A stretch of 64,000 nt of DNA. Origin: Mobula hypostoma. Taxonomy: Eukaryota. The stretch covers positions 39,000,001 to 39,064,000 of the forward strand of contig NC_086097.1 of NCBI RefSeq assembly GCF_963921235.1. The letters run 5' to 3'. The notes under the pieces are model-generated. The model made no database searches. It was not told the origin of the DNA and saw only the letters and a list, made by a program, of their open reading frames with translations. Position 1 is the first letter of the stretch. Each line of letters opens with the position of its first letter. A program made the position numbers and the translations under genes. Shown in pieces: positions 13,189-24,948 of the stretch.

Positions 13189-13390
13189 GGATATCACAGA
13201 TGCAGTAATGAATTTACGTGATTATACATGGAAACCATCTCCACGAAACTTGATGGAAAACGCAGAATACCTGAAGGAAATAACTGGTCTTTTGAGTGCT
13301 AAGGACTTTCGGGATCGTAGCCGAGGGATTGAACAGTTATTAACAGATTGCCAAAACAACCAGGAACTTGTTATAGTGAACATCGTTAAG
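13189..13390 (+). CDS. TOGARAM1: TOGARAM1 exon (DITDAVMNLRDY...SAKDFRDR...NIVK)
   Basis: acag|G acceptor and AAG|gtaata donor; start of the last TOG domain (AKDFRDR). Confidence 0.92.
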
Positions 13391-14953
13391 GTAATATAGG
13401 GATAATCATTATTTAAGTCACTGTGATATATGACTAATTGAGATATTTCTACTTTCCGGATTATTGTCTAGTTTTAAAGTAATGCGTGTTTCTGTGGTTG
13501 AGATGGTGGAGGAAAAGGTGTTGAGATAGAAAGTGGAATAAGAAAGGAAGGATCTGCTGGTATATGGTTCTATTAATTGCAGAGTTTTAATGTTTTTTAA
13601 AAAATCTCATTAAATATCAAAATATTATTAACTGACTTATGCTACTTGTTCCACAATCCTCATTAATTGCAGAGGTTATGTTCCAGCTATGTCCATGAAT
13701 AACAAATTTTACAAGTAATTTTGGCCTCAATAAACTGAACTACTTTAATGCCCATATACAAAAAAAAACTGGAATAATACCAGGATAAGCTATTAAATAT
13801 GCAACATTATGTTTTAAAAATATTGATAATAGAAATCTGTCATAGATATGGAAGGGTATACTATCTGTGCAGGTTTATAAACAATTAGACAATAAACTGG
13901 AATCTGTGAGCCAGCTTTATTAATAGTGTCTGGGAGTAAACCACTATAGTAGCAGGCTATACATTTGATCTAGTAACCTTTGAAATAAGCATGAACCGTA
14001 CTTTAAGCTGTTGAATATATTGATTCATACCAGCAGTAATAAGTTTTCAAATCACCCAGGTTTTTAAACAAAAACTGTTCTCTTTTAGAGCAGCAGCTGC
14101 CATGTTGCATAGCAGGAAACCACTTAATACAACGGATCCAGAAACTGATAACCCCGTATGCAATTTTTCATGTTTCATGGATACTGGTTGATAATAGTTA
14201 AAGCTACAAATAACAAACCTGTGAATAACAAGGAATGAGTCTACATTCCAATTACATAATCCTGCTTTCACAACTGAATCTGTATTTGTGAATTTATAAT
14301 ACAGTTCTGATTTTACTGCTTTAATTACTCATAAAATGTGGTCTGATCTTCATCTAAGTTCAATAATAGACAAACACAATCTGCCTAAACTAGTAACACA
14401 CAAACAATTGCACTTTTCATGTCTTTATTGAACACATTGTTTAATCATTCACAGTCCAGGCTGTGCCACAAGGCATGGAAAGGAACAGCTGAGACTTTTG
14501 CACAGTACTGTATACGGAAAGATTTAGTGGGCTATGAGCAGAAGGGGCTAGCTCACTGGGCAATACAGTTTGCATGGGTGAAACTAGAACTAGAGGTCAT
14601 AGGTTAAGGATGAAAGGTGAAATATTTAAGGAGAAAGAACCTGAGGGAGAACAACCTCGCTCAGAGGGTGCCAGCAGTGGTCATGGATGCGGGTTCATTT
14701 GCAACACTTAAGAGAAGTTTGGATAGGTACTTGGAAGAGGGTATGGTGGGCTATGGTCCAGGTGTAGGTAGATGGGACTTGGAAGAAAAGCAGATTGGCC
14801 CCGAGTAGGTAAGGTGAGGGATCTGTTTCTGTACTGTAATGTTCTGTGGCTATATCCTGCAGCTGATGAGATTTTAATGTGTTGAGATCAAGTGGGGTTG
14901 TTGGCAGATATTTAATGACAATATAAAGTGATATGGTTACCTTTCTCATCTAG

Positions 14954-15173
14954 ATATTTGATGCCTTCAAACCTCGATTACATGATTCCAACAGCAAGGT
15001 GAATCAAATGGCATTAGAAGCCATGCAGAAAATAATCCCATTATTGAAGAATAATCTGGCTCAAGTTTTGAATATACTTATTCCTGCTATTGTAGACAAT
15101 AATCTGAATTCTAAGAATCTTGGGATTTATAATGCTGCCATCAATGTTATTCATGCCTTCGTTCAACATATAG
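14954..15173 (+). CDS. TOGARAM1: TOGARAM1 exon (IFDAFKPRLHDSNSKVNQMALE...VQHI)
   Basis: ctag|ATA acceptor and G|gtatgt donor; RLHDSNSKV motif. Confidence 0.95.
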
Positions 15174-15867
15174 GTATGTAGAATTGATATTTGAGATGTC
15201 TGTCCTGTAATCAAATTCACGTCTGTGAAAATTTGTCTCCAGGTATTTGCAGACAAGAATACGTTTGGAGACTGCCATTGTCTTACTACAATAACATGAA
15301 TCATTTGTGTTGAGCATATCTTTTTCACTAAGTGTAATCTGGTTTTATTCTCATCTGACTAAAATAAGAGTAGAAAATATTGGGGAAGTCAGGCAACTTC
15401 TATGGAAAGAGAAAAGAGTTGAGGTTTTGGGTCTTCATTTCCCTTTCTCATTTCTGACAAGCCAAAGATTTGTTGAAGATTGTTTTTAAATCTCCATTAG
15501 CAGTGTTTAAAGATATTCAGTAAAAGTTATTGCTCTCCCAGCTTTTACCTAAACGGGTAAGTTGCTAAATAAAATTTATTTAAAAAGCACAGAAAATCTT
15601 TCAATTTCCCAATGGGTCAGGCATCATTTCTGGAGAAACAGGTTTAACAGTTGGGGATGATAACCTTTCATTGTAATGGAACTGTTAATAATTTTATTTT
15701 CTTGCTGTGCAGGTGTTGGCTATTTCCAGAATTTTCTGTTTTGTATTTTAGATTTCCAACATCTGAAACTATTTTAATTTTTCAATGTAAATTACTTAGA
15801 GTTAAAATATGAAAATAATGTAAGTGCAAATCCTATCTTTAAATATTTTAATTTAATTTGTATTCAG

Positions 15868-15954
15868 ATAATTTGCAGCTGCTTCAGCATTTCTGCAACA
15901 AGGCTCAATTCCTAAATGGAAAAGCAAAACAAGACATGACTGAGAAGCTTGCAG
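15868..15954 (+). CDS. TOGARAM1: TOGARAM1 exon (DNLQLLQHFCNKAQFLNGKAKQDMTEKLA)
   Basis: tcag|AT acceptor and G|gtgagg donor; 87 nt, phase 1 at both ends. Confidence 0.92.
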
Positions 15955-16949
15955 GTGAGGTATTTATCTTTGATTACAATTCGTCAAGAAGGGAAACAAT
16001 GTAGTGAATAAATATCCAGTATTGTATATCCGCACTTGTAATTTGCCATTATGATGAATGGAATCTGTGCCGTTACCTTTTCTCCTCAACAGCTGATTTC
16101 AGGATGTGTCATGGATATTCCATGGCAGCAATGAGTTGATCTCCATTATAAAGTGAGTATGTCCTCTCCAAGATGTACTGTATGAAACGTTGAAAGCATT
16201 TCCCATTTTGGTGCTATGAACTACTTGATCAAATACTATCTAGTTATTTCAGCTGTTGACACTTATATGCAAACAACCATTCCAGAAGATTCTTCAAGCA
16301 AAGATTAAACTGGTCACATTAATTTAACTGCATTATTCCAAGGGCTTTTGCTTGGCTTCAAACAGACAAAATGTTTTCAGCTACTAAAAATTTATCATAA
16401 ATTTGGTTTTTGAATAAATGAATCTTGTGGAGAAGGAATTTTGTAAGGTATATAGTGACAGTTTATTTTAAGCTCCATTATTGCAATGACACTCCAGCAA
16501 TTTATCCACCTCTGTCTTGAGGTATAAACTGGGTACTATAGACACGTAAACTAGTTGTAAATACCTTCTTGTGACTTTAATATAGTCCAGAAATAGTTAT
16601 TATAAAGATATGGATTAATTAAGGAAATGCAATTTGTATTTGTAAAACAACATTGATTTAAGGAAAATACTGATGTATGAATTTAAAGGAGTGGAATTTG
16701 TAGAATCACAGGAAAATCTGTCATGTGGGAGGTAATTCAACTTGGTAAAAGATGGCTCTCCAACATGATCAAATCTCCAGCACTAGATTTGTAATGCTAC
16801 AGTTTATAGAACTACAAGTACATATGCAAGTACTGTTTAACTGTGATGAGCATTCCTGCCTCTTAACACTCTTTCATCATCCCTTTTTGTTGCTTCCTCA
16901 AAAAATGTAATGACATTAGTCTCAATATTTCAAAGTGTACCAGGCAATT

Positions 16950-19574
16950 GAATTGAATTGACTTTATTTCTTACATCCTTCATATGTGTGAGGAGTAAAA
17001 ATCTTTACACTATATCTCCGTCTGTATGTGCAATTTATAGTAATTTGTAATAAATAGTATGTACAGTATGATATACAACAGAACAGTCAATAGAGCTTAG
17101 AAATACAATTGTGTCAGCGTAAATTAATCAGTCTGATGGCGTGGCTTTAATACTGCGATACTGTTTCTCAGATGGTAGCAGCTGGAACATTTGTGAGTTG
17201 GGATTACTCGGGTCTCTAATGATCCTTAAGCCCTTTTTACGTGCCTGTCTTTTGATTAGTGGGAAGTTCACATCTACAGGTGTACTGGGCTGTCCACACC
17301 ACTCTCTGCAGAGCCCTGCGATTGGGGGAGGTAATGTTCCCATACCAGACAGTGATGCAGCCAGTCAGGATGCTCTCAATTGTGCCCCTATAGAAAGTCC
17401 TTAGGATTTGGGGACTCATGCCAAACTTCTTCAACCGTCTGAGGTGAAAGAGGCGCTGTTGTGCTTTTTTCACCACACAGTCAGTATGTACAGACCAAAT
17501 GAGATCCTTGTTGATGTGTATACTGAGGAACTTGAAGCTGTTCACCCTCTCAGCCCCAGATCCATTGATGTCAATAGGGGGTGAGTCTGTCTCCTTTCCC
17601 CCTTTAGACCACAACCAGTTCCTTTGTTTTTGCAACATTGAGGGAGAGGCTGTTTTCCTGACACCACTATGTCAGGGTGGTGACTTCTTCTCTGTCAGCT
17701 GCCTCATTGTTATTTGAGATGTGATCAGTCAGTGTGGTATCATCTGCAAATCTAATTTGCAGATTGGAGCTATGGCTGGTGACACAGTCATGGTTGTACA
17801 GAGAGTAAAGGAGGGGGCTTAGGACAAAGCCCTGGGGGACTCCTGTGTTGAGGGTCAGAGGGGCACAGGTGAGGGAACCCACTCTTACCACTTGCCGGCA
17901 ATCTGACAGGAAGTCCAGGATCCACGGTGGTGTCTGAAAAGAGGATGCTGTCTAAGTTGCATGCCATCTTGGTCAATGTCTCCCATCCACTGCATAATGT
18001 ACTGGGTGGGCACAGGAGTACATTCAGCCAGAGACTCATCCCACCGAGATGCAGTACTGAGCATCATAGGAAGTCATTCCTGCCTGTGGCCATCAAACTT
18101 TACAACTCCTCCCTTGGAGGGTCAGACACCCTGAGCCAATAGGCTGGTCCTGGACTTATTTCATAATTTACTGGCATAATTTACATTTAACTATTTATGG
18201 TTCTATTACTATTTATTATTTATGGAGCAACTGTAACGAAAACCAGTTTCCCCCAGGATTAATAAAGTATGACTATGACAATGACAACTGCACAAGACAG
18301 GGTGAAGGCCGAGGTTTCTGAGCTTCTTGTCAAGCCTGGAGAAAATTTTGGTGTTGAATGCTAAACTGTATTCTAAGAGCAGCACTCTCACATAAGCATC
18401 CCTCCTCTCCAGGTGTGTAAGGACAGTGTGTAAGAGCTGTAGCTATTGCATCATCTGTCAATCGGTTGTGTTGGTAGGCAAATTATAGAGGGTCCAGTGT
18501 GGGTGGTAGCAAGCTGCAGATGTAGTCCTTGACCAGCCTCTCAAAGCATTTGCTTGTTATTGAGGTGAGTGCAACAGGACACCACTAGTTCAGACATGCT
18601 ACCTTGGTCTTTTTAGGTACAGGGACAATGCTGGATGATTTGAAGCAGGAGGGCACTCTGCACTGGGTGCCATCCAGTCCTGTGCCTTGCGGCTGTTCAT
18701 TCATTGGAAAGACCTGCATACTTCAGCCTCAGAGATGACCAAGGTACAGGTTGCATCGGCATCTCTCCTCGGGGGCTCGGTGTTGGTGACGTTGAACCAA
18801 GTGGAAAGAAGATTTGGCCCATCTGGAAGAAAGGCAGCAATGCTAGCAGCACCACTGTGTTTAGCTTTGAAGTCTGCGATGGTGTGTAGACCTTGCCATA
18901 AGCTGCATGTGTTGTCAGTGGGGAGTTGTGTCTGGATCTTGTCCCTATACTGTTGTTTCGCTGCCTTGATGATTTTGTGTAGATCGTAGCTGCATTTCTT
19001 GAGTGCTTGGTGGTTACTGGCGGCAAAAGCTCTGAGTTGTTCTGGAAAGTGCAGCGCTCGGAACTGTTGATCCAGGGTTTCTGCTTTGGATAAACCCTGA
19101 CTGAATTTTGGGAGACAACGTCCTCGATGCACTTCTGGATGAAGCTCATGACCACTTCTGTGAACTAGGAGACATCCTCATCACAAAGGACATTCCAGTT
19201 GAAGTCATCAAAGCGGTCCTGTAGCATGGATACTGATTGGTTGGACCAACAGTGGACGGTTTTAACTATGGCCGTCTCTTGTTTCAGCTTCTGCCTGTAC
19301 GCGGCAGAAGCAGGATGGAGGAGTGGTCAGATTCTCAAATGGTGGACAGAGGAGCACTTTGTAAGCGTTGCAGAAGCGAGAGTAGCAGTGGTCGAGTATC
19401 TTATCTCTGTGTGCTCACCTGGATGTGTTGACAAAACTTCAGAGAGACTTCAGTCAGCAATGCTCAATGTCTCTGGTGACAATGAGAGCAGCCTCCAGGT
19501 GTATAGTCTCCAGGGTGCTGATGGTCTCGCACAATTCCTTGACAGCCAGGTCAGTATTGGCCTGCAGTGGAATA
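16950..19574 (-). mobile_element. Rex1/Babar-like LINE, with a nested + strand LINE 3' end at about 17926-18280 carrying a (TATGAC)n tail
   Basis: TGVPQGFVLSPLLYSLY, RFADDTT, FKFLSIHI and YRGTIESILTGCITVWYG motifs. Confidence 0.85.
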
Positions 19575-19576
19575 TA

Positions 19577-20079
19577 CAGTTGAAGTCAGAAGTTTACATA
19601 CACCTTAGCCAAATACATTTAAACTCAATTTTTCACAATTCCTGACATCTAATCCTAGAAAACATTCCCTGTCTTAGGTCAGTTAGGATCACTACTTTAT
19701 TTTAAGAATGTGAAATGTCAGAATAATAGTAGCAAGAATGATTTATTTCAGCTTTTATTTCTTTCACCAGTGGGTCAGAAGTTTACATACACTTTGTTAG
19801 TATTTGGTAGCATTGCCTTTAAATTGTTTAACTTGGGTCAAACGTTTTGGGTAGCCTTCCACAAGATTCTCACAGTACGTTGCTGGAGTTTGTTCCACTC
19901 CTCCAGACAGAACTGGTGTAACTGAGTCAGGTTTGTAGGCCTCCTTGCTCGCACACACTTTTTCAGTTCTGCCCACAAATTTTCTCCAAAGTTGTGGTAA
20001 AATTGCTTAAGGACAACAAAGTCAAGGTACTGGAGTGGCCGTCACAAAGCCCTGACCTCAATGCGATAGAAAATTTGTG
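19577..20079 (-). mobile_element. Sleeping Beauty-like Tc1 right end: IR/DR (19577-19793) plus transposase C-terminus, with an inverted segment at 19986-20079
   Basis: TA followed by CAGTTGAAGTCAGAAGTTTACATACACCTTAG (outer DR); inner DR CCAGTGGGTCAGAAGTTTACATACACT. Peptides [36 protein letters not shown] and [12 protein letters not shown]. Confidence 0.9.
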
Positions 20080-20955
20080 ATCACTGTCATCAAATTCCCT
20101 CTCATTGGTGAATACCAAAGAGAAGTATTCATTGAGGACCTCGCTCACTTCCACAGCCTCCAGGCACATCTTCCTACCTTTATCTCTAATCGGACCTACC
20201 TTCACTCCTGTCATCCTTTTGTTCTTCACATAATTGAAGAATGCCTTGGGGTTTTCCTTTACCCTACTCACCAAGGCCTTCTCATGCCCCCTTCTTGCTC
20301 TTCTCAGCCCCTTTTTAACCTCCTTTCTTGCTACCCTATATTCCTCAATAGACCCATCTGATCCTTGCTTCCTAAACCTCATGTATGCTGCCTTCTTCCA
20401 CCTGACTAGATTCTCCACCTCACTTGTCACCCATGGTTCCTTCACCCTACCATTCTTTATCTTCCTCACCGGGACAAATTTATCCCTAACATCCTGCAAG
20501 AGATCTCTAAACATGTCCATAGTACATTTCCCTGCAAAAACATCATCCCAATTCACACCCGCAAGTTCTAGCCTTATAGCCTCATAATTTGCCCTTCCCC
20601 AATTAAAATTTTTCCTGTCCTCTCTGATTCTATGCTTTTCCATGATAACGCTAAAGGCCAGGGAGCGGTGGTCACTGTCCCCCAGATGCTCACCCACTGA
20701 GAGATCTGTGACCTGACCCGGTTCGTTACCTAATACTAGATCTAGTATGGCACTCCCCCAGTCGGCCTGTCAACATACTGTGACAGGAATCCATCCTGGA
20801 CACACTTAACAAACCCTGCCCTGTCTAAACCCTTGGAACTAATCAGGTGCCAATCAGTATTAGGGAAGTTAAAGTCACCCATGATAACAACCCTGTTATT
20901 TTTGCACCTTTCCAAAATCTGCCTCCCAATCTGCTCCTCTGTATCTCTGCTGCTA
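20080..20955 (-). mobile_element. CR1 ORF2 APE/tether fragment
   Basis: ORF 19963..20697 minus (GDSDH...PWVTSEV...KENPKAFF). Confidence 0.85.
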
Positions 20956-21410
20956 CCAGTTTATAAAAGATATCAGTAGATAGACTGTCTCCGGAGATGG
21001 AGACAGAGAGATCGAGAAAGGGGAGGGAGGTGTCAGAAATGAACCAAGTAATTTTGAGCGCAGGGTCAAAGTTGGAGGCAAAGTTGATGAAATCGAGCTC
21101 AGTATGGCTGCAGGAAGTAGTACCAGTGCTGTCGTCAATGTAGCGTAAGAAGGGTTGGGGAGTGATGCCGGTGTAGGCTTGGAACGTGGAAGGTTCCACG
21201 TAGCCGATGAAAAGATAGGCATAGCTGGGACTCGTGCAAGTGCCCATGGCTAACCTTTGGTTTGAAGGAAGTGGGAGGAGCCAAAGGAGAAATTATTGAG
21301 GGTGAGGACCAGTTCTGTCAGACGGAGAAGAGTGGTGGTGCAGGGGAATGAGTTGGGACTGTTGGACAGAAAGAAGAAGTCTTTCAGGCCCTCCTGATGG
21401 GGGAGACGGT
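20956..21410 (-). mobile_element. PLE RT fragment (MGTCTSPSYA...FLRYIDD...LPFLDL)
   Basis: ORF 20843..21247 on the minus strand is similar to the PLE RT at 30-31 kb. Confidence 0.85.
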
Positions 21411-21989
21411 GGTTAAGTTACTGGACAGACATCATAGTGTTGCTGAACTGCAGTGATTAAGAGTTTTTCAGTTGGATCAAGGACTGAATATTTGAAAGGA
21501 AGTGGCTGGTTTCAGGCTTCTGCACCTCCTGCCCAGTGGTGGCTGCATGAAGATGGCATGGCTCAGATGGTGGGGATCTTTAACAGTGGATGCTGTCTTC
21601 TTGAGACAATGCCTTATGAAGGTACTTTCGCTGCTGGAGAGGAATGTGCCCATGTTCCAGTGGGCTGAGTCCACTACTCTGCTGCAGGACATTCCTGCAC
21701 ATTGAAATTGCTTTACCAGACCGTGATGCAACAAGTCAGGATACTTTCAACAGTACATCTGTAAATAAATAAATGTAAATATGTTCGGTGACAAGCCAAA
21801 CCTTCTTAATCCCAGTCCTAAACTGGGGAATTTAAATTCAGGTAACTAAATATTGACCCACTACAAATTCACCTATCACTGAAACTGGTCTACCCCAGAT
21901 GCCATCTCCCTGGTCCTACATTCATCTCTGGAGCATCTGGAGAGTAAAAACACTTGCATTAGACTACTGTATATTGGTTACAGCTTTAT

Positions 21990-23050
21990 TTGAATTTATT
22001 TAAATCTTGCAGCCATCCCACAACATGAGGGAGTAATAATCTTTGTGTTATGACTCCGTTGCAATATACAGACACGTGAATTTATAAGTCTAATGGCTTG
22101 TAGAAAGAAACTGTCCCATAGCCTGTTCGTCCTAGCTTTTATGCTACAGTTTGCCAGACAGCCGCAGCTTGAACAGTTCGTGGTTGGGGTGACTGGTGAC
22201 GCCAATGATCTTCCAGGCTGCCTTTATGCACCTGCTACTGTACTGAATCACCAACCGGGAAGTCCTTGACAGAGCCACCAGCACAAGAATTGAGGCAAGG
22301 GTCCTCCAGGCCCAGCTACGCTGGACTGGCCATGTAATCCGCATGGGTGAAACAAGAATCCCCAGGCAGCTGGTCTACAGTAAGCTTGAGCATGGCAGTC
22401 GCAATCGGGGCTGCCCCAAAAAAAGATTCAAAGACAACCTGAAATCGTACATCAAATGAGCAGACCTCCAGCCTCGACAACTTGAGGAGTCCGCAACCGA
22501 CAGGGCTGCGTGGCGCACCCTAACCAGAAAAGCTGCATCTGACTTTGAGGATGACCGAAATCAGCGCCTTGCAGCAGCATGAGACCGACGCCACAAAGCT
22601 GTGTATGCACCTGTTCTAACAACCACCATTCCATGTCCAACCTGCAACCACATGTGTGCTTCGGCCTTTGGCCTCCAAAGCTACGCGCGTATCCACAGAT
22701 GACTGCACAATGTCTTCCTCGGACCCTGAGAGACAACCACCACCACTGCTGTAATTGTCCAAAATAGAGGAAGGCTAATGTCCACAGATGTGCTGGGCTG
22801 TCCATACCACTCTCTGCAGTGCCCAACAATCGAGGTTGGTGCAGTTCCTGTATCAGGCGGTGATACAGCCAGTCAGGTTGCTCTTAGTGGTGCCCCTGTA
22901 GAAGGTCTTGAGGATTTGAGGGCTCATGCCGAACTTCTTCAGTTGCCTGAGTTTGAAGAGACACTGTTGTGCTTTTTTTTTTGCCACATAGCTGATGTGT
23001 ACAGTCCAGGTGAGATCTTTGGTGATGTGTACACAGAGGAACTTGAAACT
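21990..23050 (-). mobile_element. Rex1/Babar-like 3' part, interrupted by an RTE fragment
   Basis: ORF 22853..23107 minus (FKFLCVHIT...LKKFGMSPQIL). Confidence 0.8.
22243..22746 (+). mobile_element. RTE-clade LINE 3' end with a (CAC)n tail
   Basis: ITNREVL...QLRWTGHVIRM..RIPRQL...GCPKKRFKDNLK, and a C2H2-like remnant CPTC..MCAS.FGL. Confidence 0.85.
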
Positions 23051-24385
23051 GGGTATAGTATTGCCTTCAATACTATAATTCCAAGCAAACTCATCAACAC
23101 CTCCCACTACAACTGGATCCTCCTGACTAGAATATCACGAACAACATGAATAGGCAGAAACACCTCTGCCTCAATTATTCTAAACACTGGTGCTTCTTGA
23201 GGTTGCACCCTCAGCCTCCTACTCTACTCCCTGAACAGTCATTACTGTATGGTCAGATTCTGCTCTAACCCCATCTGCCAGTTTTCAAATGATACCACTG
23301 TACTGGGCCATGTCTCAAATAATGATGGTGTACAGGAAGGAGATAGAGAGCTTAGTAGCATGGTGTTATGGTAATAACCTTTCTCTCAATGACCAGCTCT
23401 TTTGTTTTGTTGACATTGTCTTTGGGAAGTGGGTGTGCACATGCTCCTGTCTACTTCAATAGTATTGAGATTGAGAGCTTCAGGTTCCCAGGAATAAACA
23501 TCCTGTCGTCCAACCACATGGACACCATGGCCAACATGTCCACCAATGCCTCTACTTCTTCAGGAGGCTAAAGACTCCTCATTGACCTTTGCCAATTTTT
23601 ATCCATGTACCATAGAAAGCATCTAATCAGGAACTATCCAGATTTGGAATGGCAGTTTCTCAGCATATGACTTTAAGAAACTGCAGAGAGTTGTGTACAC
23701 AGCTCAGCACATCATGGAAACCAGATTCCTCACAATGGACTCCATTTATACATTTTTCTACCTCTGTCAAACAGCCAACCTAATCAAGGAGCCCACACAA
23801 CCCGGAAATTCTCTCTTCCCCCCTCTTCCACTGGGCAGAAGATACAAAAGTCCAAAACCATGTACCACCATTCTCAAGCAAAAGAAAATATGCAGATACT
23901 GGAAATCCAAGCAACACACACAAAATGGTGGAGGAACTCAACAGGCCAGGCAGCATCTATGGAAAAGAGCATAGTTGATGTTTCAGGCTGAGACCCTTCT
24001 GCAGGACCTGATGAAGTGCCTCAGCCCAAAACACCGACTATACTCTTTTCAATAGATGCTTCCTGGTTTGCTGAGTTCCTCCAGCAACTGGTGCATGTTA
24101 CCACCATTCTCAAGGACATCTCCTATCCTGCTGTTATAGAACAATTGATGGTTCCCTGGAATGATAAGGTGGAATCTTGACCTCACAATCTTGCTTGTTA
24201 TGATCTTGCACCTTATTGTTTACCTGCTCTGATGTTGGACAGTAGCTGTTAGATTTTATTCTGCATTTTGTTATTGTTTTATGTTTTCTCTGTGCACTGG
24301 GTAATGATTTGATCTGTATGAACAGTATCGAAGACCAGCTTTTCACTGTTTCTTGGCACTTCTGACAATAATATTCCAATTCCAA
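23050..24385 (+). mobile_element. Rex1/Babar-like fragment on the + strand, host of the 23879 palindrome
   Basis: gccttcaatactataattccaagcaaactc... and LQRVVYTAQHI...GRRYKS remnants. Confidence 0.7.
23879..24098. mobile_element. Palindromic PLE 3'-end insertion with a perfect 16-bp TSD
   Basis: TSD taccaccattctcaag at 23863-78 and 24099-114; inversion centre about 24006, between two degenerate HHR motifs. Confidence 0.85.
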
Positions 24386-24694
24386 GGATTAAAAAGTCAT
24401 CTGGTTCATGACTGCCTTTTTTACTCTTGCAATTAGAAAGGAAATATGTTTGTTTTATTTGGTCTGGCCTATACGTGAATCTAGAACTTAGTCGTCTCAA
24501 TTAGGACCAATTAGGGGTAAACGGTGAATGCTGATACAGTTCATATCTCACAAACAGGTTTTAAAAACACTAATGATCCTACATGCAACCGTTCAGCAAA
24601 TGCAATGAGTGCTTCACTGAATGTAACAATGGGTTGATGCATTTGAATTTAAAATAAAGCTGTAATAACACATTTATTCCTTTTTCCATTTCAG

Positions 24695-24948
24695 ATCTGG
24701 TGCCAGATCTTTATATACGAAAACCACAAATTGTCGAACAAAAGGTTCTGCCAGTTTTGTGGCATCTTCTGGGGAACATGACAAACAGTGGTTCACTTCC
24801 TGGTAGCGGAGGAAACATTCGTATTGCTGCAGCTAAATTGGCAAAAGTTCTGTTTGAACAAATGGGTCAAAGTTTAATTGATCAAACCCCAACTCGGCCA
24901 CCACATATTTCAAAGGCTTTACAGGACCTGTTAGATTCCACATCCTAA
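24695..24948 (+). CDS. TOGARAM1: TOGARAM1 terminal coding exon (DLVPDLYIRKPQIVEQKVLPVLWHLLG...stop)
   Basis: Polypyrimidine tract and tcag|AT acceptor; TAA at 24946-48, followed by a unique AT-rich presumptive 3'UTR. Confidence 0.93.

Noticed and set aside
14290..14512. Possible Tc1 terminal remnants
   Set aside because: Resemblance is from memory only and too short and fragmentary to delimit.
15590..15780. Older PLE-tail-like remnants (also about 770-940, 1640-1725, 15370-15430 and 26500-26580) as ribozymes
   Set aside because: Too degenerate; no intact CUGANGA/GAAA core.
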